From Chloroflexota bacterium (GTDB taxonomy: Bacteria; Chloroflexota; Limnocylindria; Limnocylindrales; CSP1-4): DNA of 63,950 bases. Shown piece after piece: positions 9,948-22,093 of the stretch. The position numbers and the translations under genes are program-made. Position 1 is the stretch's first letter. Every line of letters starts with the position of its first letter. The notes beneath the pieces are model-generated. The model was not told the DNA's origin, did not search any database, and was given only the letters and a program-made list of their open reading frames with translations. The stretch is taken from the NCBI GenBank assembly GCA_025358515.1, contig JANYJG010000039.1, positions 1 through 63,950 of the forward strand, written 5' to 3'.

Positions 9948-10889
9948 ATGCCTGCTCTAGAGCAACTGAGCGAAGCTTTCCTTTTCCGCGCGCTGATGGA
10001 GAGCACTGCCGACAGCATTTACTTCAAAGATCGGGAATGCCGCCTGTTGCTCGTTAGTCGGAAGATGGCGGTGGACCTGGGTTTCTCGGACCCGGCCGAG
10101 TTGATCGGCAAGACCGACATCGAGTTGTTCGGTCAGGCGTTCGGCCAGGAGACGCGGCTCGACGATATCCGCATCATGGAGATGGATCGGCCGTTCGTCG
10201 GCATGATCGAGAGCCGCCAGGTGGCCAAAGGCCGTACGAATTGGACCCTGACAACCAAACTGCCGCTCCATGATGAGTCCGGCCAGGTGATCGGCCTGGT
10301 CGGCATCACCCGCGAGATAAATGAGATCAGGCAGGTTGAGGCGACGCTCCAGCATCTTGCCACGCATGATGCCCTGACCGGACTGCCGAACCGGTACCTC
10401 CTCGTCGACCGGATGAACCAGCTGCTGGCGCATGCCAAACGATCGGAAAAGGCGTTTGCGGTCCTCTTCATGGACCTCGACGGCTTCAAGGAGGTCAACG
10501 ATTCCCAGGGGCACGAAGCCGGCGATCTCCTGCTGACCGCAGTTGCCCACAGACTTACCAAATGTGTGCGTCAGAGCGACACGGTAGCCCGTATCGGCGG
10601 CGACGAATTTGTGATCATTCTGGAGTCCGTCCATGACGCAGGGGCGGCCGCAGTTGTCGCCGGACACGTTGAACAGGCCCTGGCCCGAGTCTTCCCTCTG
10701 CAACTCCACAGGGTCAAGGTCACCGTCAGCATAGGCATCAGCTTCTATCCGGAAAACGGCGCAGACGCCGAATCGCTCCTCAAGGCCGCCGACTACGCGA
10801 TGTACCTTGCCAAGAGAAAGGGCGGCAATTGCCATCTGAGCTGTCTCCCAGGCATGCCTCAATCAAGCGCCGTGATCGAGACGCAATAG
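9948..10889 (+). CDS. PAS-GGDEF diguanylate cyclase
   Basis: PAS (IYFKDRE...LIGKTD...TTKLPL), HDALTGLPNR, DLDGFKEVND, intact RIGGDEF. Confidence 0.93.
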   Translation: MPALEQLSEAFLFRALMESTADSIYFKDRECRLLLVSRKMAVDLGFSDPAELIGKTDIELFGQAFGQETRLDDIRIMEMDRPFVGMIESRQVAKGRTNWTLTTKLPLHDESGQVIGLVGITREINEIRQVEATLQHLATHDALTGLPNRYLLVDRMNQLLAHAKRSEKAFAVLFMDLDGFKEVNDSQGHEAGDLLLTAVAHRLTKCVRQSDTVARIGGDEFVIILESVHDAGAAAVVAGHVEQALARVFPLQLHRVKVTVSIGISFYPENGADAESLLKAADYAMYLAKRKGGNCHLSCLPGMPQSSAVIETQ

Positions 10890-11158
10890 CCCTTCGCCGG
10901 CCAGTCGCCCAGGCAGCTTGACGATGGCGCCGCCCGCTGCCGCCGCGGACGTGCGAGGCGCCGGGCGTGGTTTGCGAGGCTGAACCGTGCCCATGATCGA
11001 AAGATATGGCCCGCCGCCGGTCCCGGTCCACACAAAGGCCGAATCGTGCCGGTCCGCGGCACCAGGCGGCCTCGCGGTGGTTCCAGCGATGACGTCCCTA
11101 ACGCCCGCGTCGGGGGAGCCGGGCCCCGTGGCGCTGGGGCCCGTATAATCGGCCGGCG

Positions 11159-12592
11159 ATGCAGACGACCACCACCCCCTTACCAAACTCACGCCTCCAG
11201 ATCGATTTCGAGGTTCCGCCCGAGCGGCTCGACAAGGCCATAGTGCAGGCCGTCGGCCGGCTCTCGCGCCACACTCGAGTTTCCGGCTTCCGGCCGGGCA
11301 AGGCACCCCGGATAGTGCTCGAACGCGTTCTGGGGCCCACCGTCATCCTCGATGAAGCCGTAGACGCTCTTGTTGAAGAATCCTTCCGGGAGGTCATGCG
11401 CGAATCGGACATAGCGCCCCTGACTTCGCCCGAAGTGGAAGTCAGCCAGGCAGAAGAGGGCAAGCCGGTCATCTTCAAGGCGACCGTTCAGGTTCGCCCA
11501 AACCTCAAGCTCGGCGATTTCGATAGCTTCGGTTTCAAGCCCGAGATCAAGCCGGTCGACGAAACCATGGTCGAAAAGGTTCTCGACGAGCTGCGTGACG
11601 GGCAGGCCCGCCTTGATCCGGTCTCGGACCGCGGCGCCAAGAAGGAAGACTACGCAGTCATCTCCTTCGCCGGCACGCGCGACGGCGTTCCGTTCGACGG
11701 GGGCTCGTCGGATCGCATGCCCCTCGTGCTCGGTAACGATCGACTCATTCCGGGCTTCGAGGATCACCTCATGGGCGTCGCCAAGGGCGACACCGTCGAG
11801 TTCGACATCGTCTTCCCGGCCGATTACCAGGAAGAGACGCTCCGCAGCCAAACGGCCCACTTCAGCGTCACTCTCAAGGAATTGCGCGAGAAGATCGCCC
11901 CACCGGCGGACGACGAGTTCGCCAAGTCCGTCGGCAAGTTCGAAACGCTCGATGAGCTCAAAGCCGAATTGCGCAAGCGCCTCGAGGCCAACGCCCTCGA
12001 CCATGCCCGCCACGAGTTCTCGGACAAGATCATCGAATATGCGGCTGCCAATGCCACGGTGGACCTGCCCGATGTCCTGATTGATCAGGAAGTGGAGGTC
12101 ATGCACGACGAGCTGCGTTCCGCGCTGGCCCGCCAGGGCGTCACCGAGGAGGCCTACCTCAAGGTATTGACCAAGACCGAGGAAGACCTCCACGCCGAGT
12201 TCAGGCCGCAGGCAGAGAAACGCGTCAAGACCCTGCTAACCCTGACGGAGATCGCCAAGGTCAAGGGCGTGGACGTTCCCGACTCCGCTATCGAAGCGGA
12301 GATCACCCAGGCGCGGTCTCGCTACGCGGACAACCAGAGCCTGCTCAAGTACTTCGAATCGGAACGTGGGCGAAACTACATCAAGAGCACCATCCGGCGA
12401 TCGCGGACCGTTGAGCAGCTGGTGGACGAGTGGCTTGCCGCTCACCCCGACTCTCCGCGGCTGCCTCACCTGGAAGACAACGCGGAGGCATCGGCCGTCT
12501 CCACCTCGTCGGCAGAGGCTTCCGCCTCGGTCGGCGTGACCGATCCCGGCAGCCTCGAAACGTCGGCCGCGTCCGCGACCTCCAAGTCCTAG
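11159..12592 (+). CDS. tig: Trigger factor
   Basis: GFRPGKAP signature, FKBP domain (LIPGFED...FPADY), upstream of clpP. Confidence 0.97.
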   Translation: MQTTTTPLPNSRLQIDFEVPPERLDKAIVQAVGRLSRHTRVSGFRPGKAPRIVLERVLGPTVILDEAVDALVEESFREVMRESDIAPLTSPEVEVSQAEEGKPVIFKATVQVRPNLKLGDFDSFGFKPEIKPVDETMVEKVLDELRDGQARLDPVSDRGAKKEDYAVISFAGTRDGVPFDGGSSDRMPLVLGNDRLIPGFEDHLMGVAKGDTVEFDIVFPADYQEETLRSQTAHFSVTLKELREKIAPPADDEFAKSVGKFETLDELKAELRKRLEANALDHARHEFSDKIIEYAAANATVDLPDVLIDQEVEVMHDELRSALARQGVTEEAYLKVLTKTEEDLHAEFRPQAEKRVKTLLTLTEIAKVKGVDVPDSAIEAEITQARSRYADNQSLLKYFESERGRNYIKSTIRRSRTVEQLVDEWLAAHPDSPRLPHLEDNAEASAVSTSSAEASASVGVTDPGSLETSAASATSKS

Positions 12593-12620
12593 CCAAGCCC
12601 ACGACAGAGGAGACGATCCG

Positions 12621-13304
12621 ATGCTAGTGCCGATGGTGATCGAGTCCTCGAGCCGTGGCGAGCGAGCCTATGACATCTACTCGCGGCTGCTGCGGGAGCG
12701 GATCGTGTTCCTGGGCGACACGATCGAGGACAACATTGCCAACCTCGTGATCGCCCAACTTCTCTTCCTCGATGCTGAGGATCCGGAGCGCGACATCAGC
12801 CTCTACATCAACTCGCCCGGTGGCGTCATCACCAGCGGCCTGGCGATCTACGACACCATGCAGTACGTGCGCTCTCCGGTCAGCACCATTTGCATCGGCA
12901 TGGCGGCCAGCATGGCGGCCGTGCTGCTCGCTGCGGGCGCACCCGGGAAACGCTTTGCGCTTCCGCACAGCCGGATCATGATCCACCAGGGATCGGGCGG
13001 ATTCCGCGGCAACACGCCGGACGTCTTCATCCAGGTCAAGGAGATGGAGACGCTGGTCAACACCAATCATGAGATTCTTAGTCGCCACACGGGACAACCG
13101 ATAGAGAAGATTGTTGCCGATACCTCTCGGGACTTCTTCATGGCGCCAACGGACGCCAAGGATTACGGAATCATCGACGCCGTCTACGCGGGTTCGATCG
13201 ATCCGCTGGCGGGCAAGGCTAAAGAGTCGGGTTCCGCCGACGAGAAGACCGAGACCCCGAATGGCGGCGACGGTGCGGCGCCGGCCTCTGCGCCGGGCGA
13301 GTAA
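12621..13304 (+). CDS. clpP: ATP-dependent Clp protease proteolytic subunit
   Basis: [21 protein letters not shown] (Ser), RIMIHQ (His), RDFFM. Confidence 0.98.
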   Translation: MLVPMVIESSSRGERAYDIYSRLLRERIVFLGDTIEDNIANLVIAQLLFLDAEDPERDISLYINSPGGVITSGLAIYDTMQYVRSPVSTICIGMAASMAAVLLAAGAPGKRFALPHSRIMIHQGSGGFRGNTPDVFIQVKEMETLVNTNHEILSRHTGQPIEKIVADTSRDFFMAPTDAKDYGIIDAVYAGSIDPLAGKAKESGSADEKTETPNGGDGAAPASAPGE

Positions 13305-13352
13305 CGGATTGGCAGCGATCAGGCAGCAAGCGCGAAGGACAAGGTTAGGCGC

Positions 13353-14630
<1,278 letters not shown>

Positions 14631-14657
<27 letters not shown>

Positions 14658-14746
14658 CCCGGGCAGAGAGGCGGGGATGCCGGCAGGCGCCGCAGCAGGT
14701 GGTACCACGACCCGTTCGTCAGCTGGACGAGCGGGTCCGTTCGTTG
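14631..14746 (+). ncRNA. Putative compact T-box riboswitch controlling valS
   Basis: T-box core GGTGGTACCACG at 14698-14709; competing 11-bp hairpin 14710-14736; candidate specifier GTA at 14654-14656; directly upstream of an aminoacyl-tRNA synthetase. Confidence 0.7.
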
Positions 14747-14759
14747 AATGGAGTTAGCG

Positions 14760-17528
14760 GTGACGGAGCAGGCGAATACGACATCGGGCCAGCCGGCCGC
14801 AACTTCGGCCCCCGCGCAGACCCCCGAAACCGGGCTGCCCAAGGCATACCGACCCGGTGAAGTTGAGCACTCCATATTCGAGCGATGGGTCGACGCCGAT
14901 GTGTTCAACCCGGACGGCAAGGGCTCGCGAGCGGACTGGTCCAAACAGCCGTTCGTCATCATCCAGCCGCCGCCAAACGTGACCGGCTCCCTGCACCTGG
15001 GCCATGCCCAGCGGTCCACTGTGGAAGACCTGATGACTCGCCACGCCAGAATGCTGGGCCGGCCGGCGCTGTTCCTACCCGGCCTGGACCACGCCTCCAT
15101 CGCGGCCCAATACGTGCTGGACAAGCTGCTGGCCAAAGAGGGCGAAAACCGCCAGACCCTGGGCCGCGAGAAGTACCTCGATCGGATGTGGCAGTTCGTC
15201 GACCAGACGCGCCAGACGATCCTTAGCCAGCAGCGCCGCGTCGGGGCCTCGCTGGACATGTCCCGAGTCCGCTTCACCATGGACGAGGTTTCTGCGCGGG
15301 CTGTGCGCGAGGCGTTTACGCGGCTCTATCGCGAGGGCCTGGCGTATCGCACCGAGGCACTCATCCACTGGTGCCCCGGCTGCCGGACCAGCGTTTCGGA
15401 CCTCGAGGTCATCCCGAAGGAGACCACCGGCAGCCTCTGGACGATTCGCTACCACCTGGTGGACGAACTGACCGGCGCTCCCGATCCGGAGGCCTGGATC
15501 GCCGTCGCCACCACGCGCCCCGAGACGCTCCTGGGCGATACCGCGGTCGCCGTCAACCCGGAGGATCCGCGCTATGCCGCGCTCATCGGACGGCGGGCGA
15601 TGATCCCGTTCGTGGATCGTGCGGTGCCGATCATCGCCGACTCCGTCGTGGACCGAGCCTTCGGGACCGGCGCCGTCAAGATCACCCCGGCCCACGACCA
15701 GAACGACTACGACACCGGCAAGCGCCACGGCCTCGCGATGATCACGGTGCTGGACGATGCCGCCCGGGTCAACGAGAACGGCGCCCAGTTCGCCGGCTTG
15801 GACCGTTACGAGGCACGCCGCCAGATCGTGGAGGCGCTGACGGAGCGCGGCGACCTGGACGCGATCCAGCCCCACGAGATGCTGCTGGGCCGCTGCCAGC
15901 GCTCCGATGATGTCGTGGAGCCGCGCCTCAAGACCCAGTGGTTCATCCGCGTGGCGCCGCTGGCCGAGGCCGCGCTCGCCGCCACTCGCTCCGGCGAGAC
16001 GCAAATCCTGCCGGACCGGTTCGTCAAGGTCTGGGAACACTGGATGACCGAAATGCGCGACTGGAACGTCAGTCGTCAGCTGTGGTGGGGCCACCGCATC
16101 CCGGCCTGGTACTGCCCGGACGGCCACGTGACCGTGACTCAGGATCCGGCCGGTCCGGTGGCGTGCGAGGTCTGTTCACGTCCAGCCGCCGAACTTCATC
16201 AGGACGAGGACATCTTCGACACGTGGTTCAGCTCGGGCCTGTGGCCGTTCTCCACGCTCGGCTGGCCCGACAAGACGCCCGATCTGGATCGGTTCTACCC
16301 GGGCTCCGTCATGGAAACCGCGTACGACATCATCTTTTTCTGGGTCGCGCGGATGATGATGCTGGGCATCCACCTGACCGGCGAGGCGCCCTTCCACACG
16401 GTCTATTTGTCAGGCCTGATCCGCGATCCGTACGGCCAAAAGATGTCCAAGACGAAGGGCAACTCGGTCGACCCGCTCGAGACGATCGAGGAGGTTGGCG
16501 CGGACGCGCTCCGTTTCGCCCTCATCAACGGCACCGCACCCGGGAACGACGCCCGTCTCGGCGCCGAGAAGCTCGAGAACGCCCGCAACTTCACCAACAA
16601 GCTCTGGAACGTGGCTCGCTTCGTGCTGGGGGCCCGGCCGGAGTCCATTCCGGCGGGCACGTCACGAGAACTGCCGAACCGCGCCGAAGTTGGCCCGGCC
16701 GATCGCTGGATCCTTTCGCGAGCGGCAGCGACCGTCGCGGCCGTCGACGAAGCGATGCGTCTGTACACGTTCGGCGATGCCAGCCAGATCCTGTATGAGG
16801 CGGTCTGGAACGAATACTGCGATTGGGCGGTCGAACTGGCGAAGATTCGGCTGGCCGACGAAAGCTTGAGCGTCGCCGCGCGAGATGCGACGTGGTGGAC
16901 GCTGGTCGAAGTCCTGGATACCTACCTGCGGCTGCTCCACCCGATTATGCCGTTCGTCACGGAGGAGATCTGGGAGAGGCTGCCGCACACGACGGCCGAC
17001 CCGGCGCTGCTGATCGTGGCCGATTGGCCGGTTGCCTCTGCTGAGAAGGCCGACGCCGCCGCCGAAACGGAGGTGGCCGCCCTGATCGATCTGGTGCGGG
17101 CCATCCGCAACGCCCGCGCCGAGGCCCGCATCGAACCTGCCGCGTGGCTCCACGTAGACGTCTACGTTCCTGCGCGGCTGGGGACGACGTTCAAGACGCT
17201 GAAGCCGGCGCTCGAACGGCTCGCCCGAGCGAGGCCGCTCCAACTCGTCGAATCTCCGGAACTGCAGGGCGGTCTGGCGGTCGTGGTGGGCGAGATGCTG
17301 GCGGCAATCCGGCCGCTCGCCAAAGATGACGCCCAGGGCGATCGGGATCGGGCCCGCCTGGAGCGGGAATTGGCCGACGCCCAGGCCATGCTGGCTTCCG
17401 CCCGCGCCCGGCTCGCCAACGACGCGTTCATCTCCAAGGCCCCACAGGCCGTCGTCGACGGAGCGAAGGCGCGGGCGGCCGAGCTGGAGGAACTCGTCGT
17501 TCGACTGGCAGAGCGGCTACGCCCCTGA
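14760..17528 (+). CDS. valS: Valine--tRNA ligase
   Basis: PPPNVTGSLHLGH, TTRPET, GTGAVKITPAHD, SRQLWWGH, KMSKT, C-terminal coiled coil; GGAG 6 nt before GTG. Confidence 0.98.
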   Translation: MTEQANTTSGQPAATSAPAQTPETGLPKAYRPGEVEHSIFERWVDADVFNPDGKGSRADWSKQPFVIIQPPPNVTGSLHLGHAQRSTVEDLMTRHARMLGRPALFLPGLDHASIAAQYVLDKLLAKEGENRQTLGREKYLDRMWQFVDQTRQTILSQQRRVGASLDMSRVRFTMDEVSARAVREAFTRLYREGLAYRTEALIHWCPGCRTSVSDLEVIPKETTGSLWTIRYHLVDELTGAPDPEAWIAVATTRPETLLGDTAVAVNPEDPRYAALIGRRAMIPFVDRAVPIIADSVVDRAFGTGAVKITPAHDQNDYDTGKRHGLAMITVLDDAARVNENGAQFAGLDRYEARRQIVEALTERGDLDAIQPHEMLLGRCQRSDDVVEPRLKTQWFIRVAPLAEAALAATRSGETQILPDRFVKVWEHWMTEMRDWNVSRQLWWGHRIPAWYCPDGHVTVTQDPAGPVACEVCSRPAAELHQDEDIFDTWFSSGLWPFSTLGWPDKTPDLDRFYPGSVMETAYDIIFFWVARMMMLGIHLTGEAPFHTVYLSGLIRDPYGQKMSKTKGNSVDPLETIEEVGADALRFALINGTAPGNDARLGAEKLENARNFTNKLWNVARFVLGARPESIPAGTSRELPNRAEVGPADRWILSRAAATVAAVDEAMRLYTFGDASQILYEAVWNEYCDWAVELAKIRLADESLSVAARDATWWTLVEVLDTYLRLLHPIMPFVTEEIWERLPHTTADPALLIVADWPVASAEKADAAAETEVAALIDLVRAIRNARAEARIEPAAWLHVDVYVPARLGTTFKTLKPALERLARARPLQLVESPELQGGLAVVVGEMLAAIRPLAKDDAQGDRDRARLERELADAQAMLASARARLANDAFISKAPQAVVDGAKARAAELEELVVRLAERLRP

Positions 17529-17637
17529 GACGCCGCCCGCCAATCGTCTCTAGGAGTTGATGCGAGCGTACCGGGGAATACGGCGAGCGCGCTGCTAGGA
17601 TACGTATGAAGTCCGTGTCCACCCTGCAGGAGTGACA

Positions 17638-18360
17638 GTGCCGCTTTTCGGCCGCCGATCGGGTCAGGAAAAAGTCGCGACGCCGCCGCCGGCGCCGAAA
17701 GCAGTCAACGAGCACGAGTTCACCCTCAAGCTGTCGTACTCGGCTAAATCGAGCGATTCGGTGCGGGTCAAGGGCGTCCCGGAGATGACCGCGCGCCTCG
17801 GCAACATGCTGGCCGGATACGTCAAAGGCGAATTTGAATTGGTCGAGCCGTTGCCCGTAGGCATGGGGTCGGCGACGCCCTTCATCGCGCGCACGCCGGG
17901 CTCGGCCCAGTGGCTGCAGTACCACGACAAACGCGAACCCGTCACCCGGCATACGCTCGTGGTCCTCGAGTCGGTGGATGCGATCGACATGGCCTTCGAG
18001 ACCCTGGTCTGCGGCCTGCTCGACGGCGAGACGGACACGACTGGCTATCCCGACTACAACGCCATCGTCGGCGGTGTCGTCTCCCACTGGGACGAGGCCA
18101 CGGGAGACGTCATCGTCAGGGCGATCGTCGGGTGGGGCGGAAAGGGCGTCCGCGGGGATACTGACCGCAACGCGGCCCGGGTCCTCGCCGGGCTGTTCAA
18201 CAACATCGCCGGTGACCCGCATGCCATCGGCACCGTGAGTGCGGAACGTCCCGTCGCCGCCGGTCCACAGGGCGGCGCCGTATGCGCTCATTGCGGGTTC
18301 AACTCGGGACACGAACGCTTCTATTGTCCAAAGTGCGGTATGCGCCGTCTTCGCGCATAG
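17638..18360 (+). CDS. Hypothetical protein with C-terminal zinc ribbon
   Basis: AGGAG then GTG; coding-like codon use; terminal CAHC...CPKC. Confidence 0.8.
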   Translation: MPLFGRRSGQEKVATPPPAPKAVNEHEFTLKLSYSAKSSDSVRVKGVPEMTARLGNMLAGYVKGEFELVEPLPVGMGSATPFIARTPGSAQWLQYHDKREPVTRHTLVVLESVDAIDMAFETLVCGLLDGETDTTGYPDYNAIVGGVVSHWDEATGDVIVRAIVGWGGKGVRGDTDRNAARVLAGLFNNIAGDPHAIGTVSAERPVAAGPQGGAVCAHCGFNSGHERFYCPKCGMRRLRA

Positions 18361-18381
18361 CGATCACGAGCGGAGACGACG

Positions 18382-18816
18382 TTGCCAACTTACGACTACA
18401 TCTGTACTCAGTGCGGCCATGAGATGGAAGTGACGCACTCGATCCACGCCGATGGGCCGACGGTCTGCCCGGTGTGCGGCGGCCCCATGCGTAAAGGATT
18501 CGCGCTGCCGGCAATCCACTACAAGGGCACCGGTTGGGCGCGCAAAGAGCGGTCCTCGAACCGGTCCGGCAGTCCATCGCCTCGCGGCTCGGCCTCGGAA
18601 TCCAGTGAAGGCTCCAAGGATCCATCGGGCGACTCGTCGCAGGGTTCCGGTGGCACGGCCTCCACCGCCGGCGATCAGTCGTCGAATTCGGGCAATTCGG
18701 CCGGTGGTTCGGGCAGCGCCTCGGACGCCTCGCCTGGAGGCGGCAGCTCCCGCAACCTGGGCAACCCAGGCAGCTCGTCCGAAAAATCGAGCAGCTCGTC
18801 GAAAGATCCGGACTGA
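18382..18816 (+). CDS. FmdB-family zinc ribbon protein with Ser/Gly-rich tail
   Basis: MPTYDYIC..CGH...CPVCG...YKGTGW pattern. Confidence 0.9.
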   Translation: MPTYDYICTQCGHEMEVTHSIHADGPTVCPVCGGPMRKGFALPAIHYKGTGWARKERSSNRSGSPSPRGSASESSEGSKDPSGDSSQGSGGTASTAGDQSSNSGNSAGGSGSASDASPGGGSSRNLGNPGSSSEKSSSSSKDPD

Positions 18817-18819
18817 CCG

Positions 18820-19065
18820 ATGTCGAAGGCACCTTCTGACTGGATTTCCCTAGCAGAGGCGGCCGACCTGCTCGCGGCTTCCAACATCAAGTTCACCCCA
18901 GGCACCATCGGCCGGTGGGCGCGGGCTGGGCAACTCCAGAGCATCAAGCTTGGCAATCGGCGATACGTTCGCCGGGCTCAGATCAGATCCTTATTGCGGC
19001 CGCACGGCGCCCCGGCCCACGGCGATGATCTCCAGCCGGGCCTGTTCGAGGATCTGGACGCCTAA
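18820..19065 (+). CDS. Small MerR-like/excisionase-type HTH protein
   Basis: WISLAEAA.LL...TIGRWARAGQL.SIKLG.RRYV winged-HTH pattern. Confidence 0.8.
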   Translation: MSKAPSDWISLAEAADLLAASNIKFTPGTIGRWARAGQLQSIKLGNRRYVRRAQIRSLLRPHGAPAHGDDLQPGLFEDLDA

Positions 19066-19071
19066 ACCACG

Positions 19072-20616
19072 TCAGGCTTGCTGGGTTCCGCAGCGGCGGC
19101 AGAACTTGGCGTGCGTCGATACCGGCAGCGCGCACTTGTGGCAGACGCGGACGCTGCCCCGGTTCAGGACTTCCTGGGACGATTGAGCCCACATCGAGGC
19201 CGCGGGCGGTTGAGGGGCCTTTGTCGCGGCGATGATGGCCGGGACGTGAGTATCCGCTGGAACCTCCCAGGGGCGCCCGGGATGGGCTTGGGGCTGCCAG
19301 CTGGCGCCGAGGGGCGGCCACGACGTGGCGTCGGGCCGGCCGGGGTTGGCCGCGTCGGAGGACCGCTGGTCCTCCGTATCGAGTCCTGGGCTGACCTGAG
19401 CCGGGGCAGCGGCGCGAATGTCCGCGGCTGGCGCAAGGTCCAGAGCGGTCGGCTGCGGCTCGAATTGCGCGGCGACGGCCGGCGACGCGGTCTCAGATGC
19501 TATCGCGTCGTCGAACCAATCGTGGGTTTCTAGCGGGCGCTCGGACCATCGCGTCGCGTGCGGCCACGGTTCCGAGGGTTGAAGATCGGGCATATGCGCC
19601 AGTTGTGCGGGCAACTCCGGCTCCCAGCTGGCCGCGGTTCGTATCGTATCGCCCGCTGTCGCGTCGCGCAGCGCCGCCGGGGTCGGCGCCTCTGCCAGAG
19701 ATAGTGGCGTGGCCGTGGCTTGCTCGGGCGCATATATCGGCTCCGGGGCGAGGTGGATTCCGTCCGGCCCCGTTTGCCCAAGTTGCGCTTCGACGAGCAG
19801 CAGTTCCTGTGGCGTGAGCGCGAGCTCCTGGCCATCACCTGGAGGTGGCACGAAGGCGGCCACCGCTACCTCGGGCTGCCACTCCGCGCCGCCGGTCGAC
19901 ACCGTCTCAGTAACGTCGGCCTCCAATGTGGCCCCGTCATTCGCTTCGGCAGCGACTTGGGCGATCGAGCCATGCAGAGCTTCGGAGCCTGTTGTCGCGC
20001 TCTCGCGTGCCTCGGAAACTGGCCACAATGTCCAATCCGCCGACCCGATGGGTCCTGCCCACGCCATTGACTCCACGACGTCGGCGCTCTCTCGGCGATC
20101 GTCGCCGTTTGCTTCGCCCTCGCTGCCCGACATGCTGACCAGGAGATCGGCCGTCGGCCAGGACGGCCTCACGGTTTCAGGCTGGAGCTCGAGAGGCGCA
20201 GGATCGGCGGCATGCCCAAGCGGGCGAGGGGAGTTTGCCTCGTAGCGCATTACCGGCGTTCGAACGATCAGGTGATCCTCGGCAGCCATCGGGACAATGT
20301 GCGCTTCGGGGGAGCATGTCAGGCACGCCCCCTGCTTTTCGTTCCAGCACGTGTCGCACGCATACTGCCGGCACGTCATGCAGAAATTGAACGTCCGGTA
20401 GAACTCCGCGGTCATCCGAGCGGAGTCTTCGTGATCGTCGTCGGTGCGGGCCAGAGCGAGCGATTCGCCCATCGACTGTCCGTCGGTGAGGACGAAATTC
20501 TTGAGTCCCTTTGCCAGAACTCGAGCGCCTTTTAGGGATGGCCCTTTGGGCGCGGCGGGACGGAACAAGTAGCGGGTGCCACACCGCTCGCAATACGAGT
20601 CGGTAGCGTCTGGCAT
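19072..20616 (-). CDS. Hypothetical multi-zinc-finger protein with a long acidic Pro/Ala-rich linker
   Basis: N-terminal CERC, CMTC, CDTC, CLTC; C-terminal CHKC...CRRC; GGAG before ATG. Confidence 0.75.
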   Translation of the reverse strand: MPDATDSYCERCGTRYLFRPAAPKGPSLKGARVLAKGLKNFVLTDGQSMGESLALARTDDDHEDSARMTAEFYRTFNFCMTCRQYACDTCWNEKQGACLTCSPEAHIVPMAAEDHLIVRTPVMRYEANSPRPLGHAADPAPLELQPETVRPSWPTADLLVSMSGSEGEANGDDRRESADVVESMAWAGPIGSADWTLWPVSEARESATTGSEALHGSIAQVAAEANDGATLEADVTETVSTGGAEWQPEVAVAAFVPPPGDGQELALTPQELLLVEAQLGQTGPDGIHLAPEPIYAPEQATATPLSLAEAPTPAALRDATAGDTIRTAASWEPELPAQLAHMPDLQPSEPWPHATRWSERPLETHDWFDDAIASETASPAVAAQFEPQPTALDLAPAADIRAAAPAQVSPGLDTEDQRSSDAANPGRPDATSWPPLGASWQPQAHPGRPWEVPADTHVPAIIAATKAPQPPAASMWAQSSQEVLNRGSVRVCHKCALPVSTHAKFCRRCGTQQA

Positions 20617-21033
20617 GTTTGCTCCGAGGTCCGGCTGGGCCAAGTGTCGCGCTGCCAGCACAACACTAGGTGAGGAGGGTAACCCCAAGTCGTTCCAACG
20701 TGAGCCAGCCTGCTGGTACCCGCCGCCACGTCCGAAGGTCCCGCTTCTGCAAGGGTAACCGCAAGGAGGTCGAGGTGTTGCCAAATCGAACAAGCCGGCC
20801 CGATGCCACGTCCTGGTAGGTAGAAGTGTCGATCGGTGGGCCGAAAACGGATCGGGTGGGCCCGACCCTCGCAAGGTCCGGTTCACGGGATCACAGGGTG
20901 AACGGGCGGATCGTCTCGGCGTAGTATGTGGCGGCCTTCCGTCGATTTCGGCAGCGGAGGCCAAGCGGTCCTCAACGGCCCTGCGACCCGGATCGGGGGC
21001 CTTCATCCCCGCCCCGAGGCCTGATAGAGACAG

Positions 21034-22071
21034 ATGAAGACCATTCAAGAGACCGGCGAGAAGGTCGCGGCCAACGTCGAGCGAGTGATCATTGGGAAGA
21101 GTCAGGAGGTTCGCCTGACCCTGGTTGCGCTCCTCTGCCGAGGCCATTTGCTCATCGAGGATGTCCCCGGGACCGGCAAGACGATGCTCGCCAAGGCCGT
21201 TGCTCGGAGCCTTGGATGCTCCTTTCGCCGCATCCAGTTCACGCCGGACCTGCTGCCGTCCGATGTCACGGGCCTCTCCATATACAACCAGAAGACCCAG
21301 GAGTTCGAGTTCAGGCCCGGCCCGATCATGGCCCAGGTGGTCCTCGCCGACGAGATCAACCGCGCGACTCCCAAGACCCAGTCGTCACTGCTCGAGGCGA
21401 TGGAGGAGCATCAGGCCACGATCGACGGCACCACTTATCAGATGCCCGAGCCGTTCCTGGTGATCGCAACTCAAAATCCGATCGAGTACGAAGGCACCTT
21501 CGCCCTCCCGGAGGCCCAGCTCGATCGCTTCATGCTGCGAATTCGTCTCGGCTACCCGAGCCAGGCCGACGAACAGGCGATCCTGGAGCAGCAGAAGATC
21601 ACTCACCCGCTCGATGACCTCCAGGAGGTTCTGGGCGTGGATGACTTGCGAGGGCTGCAAGCATCGGTCCGGGAGGTCTTTGTCGATCCGACCGTGGCCG
21701 ACTATATCGTTCGGCTGGTCAACGCAACGCGAACCCATCCAGACGTCTATCTGGGCGCCTCGCCGCGCGGCTCGTTGGCCTTGTACCGGACCGGCCAGGC
21801 ACTGGCCGCCCTCGCCGGCCGTGATTACGTCATCCCGGACGACATCAAGGCTTTGGCCGAGTCCGCGTTGGCGCACCGACTCATCATCAAGACGAGTTCC
21901 TCGATGCACGATATCGACCCGCGCCAGGTTGTGGCCGAGCTCCTCAGCACCGTGCCGGTCGACGAGTCGCGAGGGGCCGGCCGTATCGGCCAGCAGGCCA
22001 CTGGATCCGGTCTGGGTGCCGCGGTGAAGCGAAGCGCGACCGGCAGCGCGACCGGCAGCTCCGTTCGCTGA
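21034..22071 (+). CDS. MoxR family AAA+ ATPase
   Basis: [44 protein letters not shown]. Confidence 0.96.
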   Translation: MKTIQETGEKVAANVERVIIGKSQEVRLTLVALLCRGHLLIEDVPGTGKTMLAKAVARSLGCSFRRIQFTPDLLPSDVTGLSIYNQKTQEFEFRPGPIMAQVVLADEINRATPKTQSSLLEAMEEHQATIDGTTYQMPEPFLVIATQNPIEYEGTFALPEAQLDRFMLRIRLGYPSQADEQAILEQQKITHPLDDLQEVLGVDDLRGLQASVREVFVDPTVADYIVRLVNATRTHPDVYLGASPRGSLALYRTGQALAALAGRDYVIPDDIKALAESALAHRLIIKTSSSMHDIDPRQVVAELLSTVPVDESRGAGRIGQQATGSGLGAAVKRSATGSATGSSVR

Positions 22072-22093
22072 TCGACTCGGCAGGCATTTTCCA

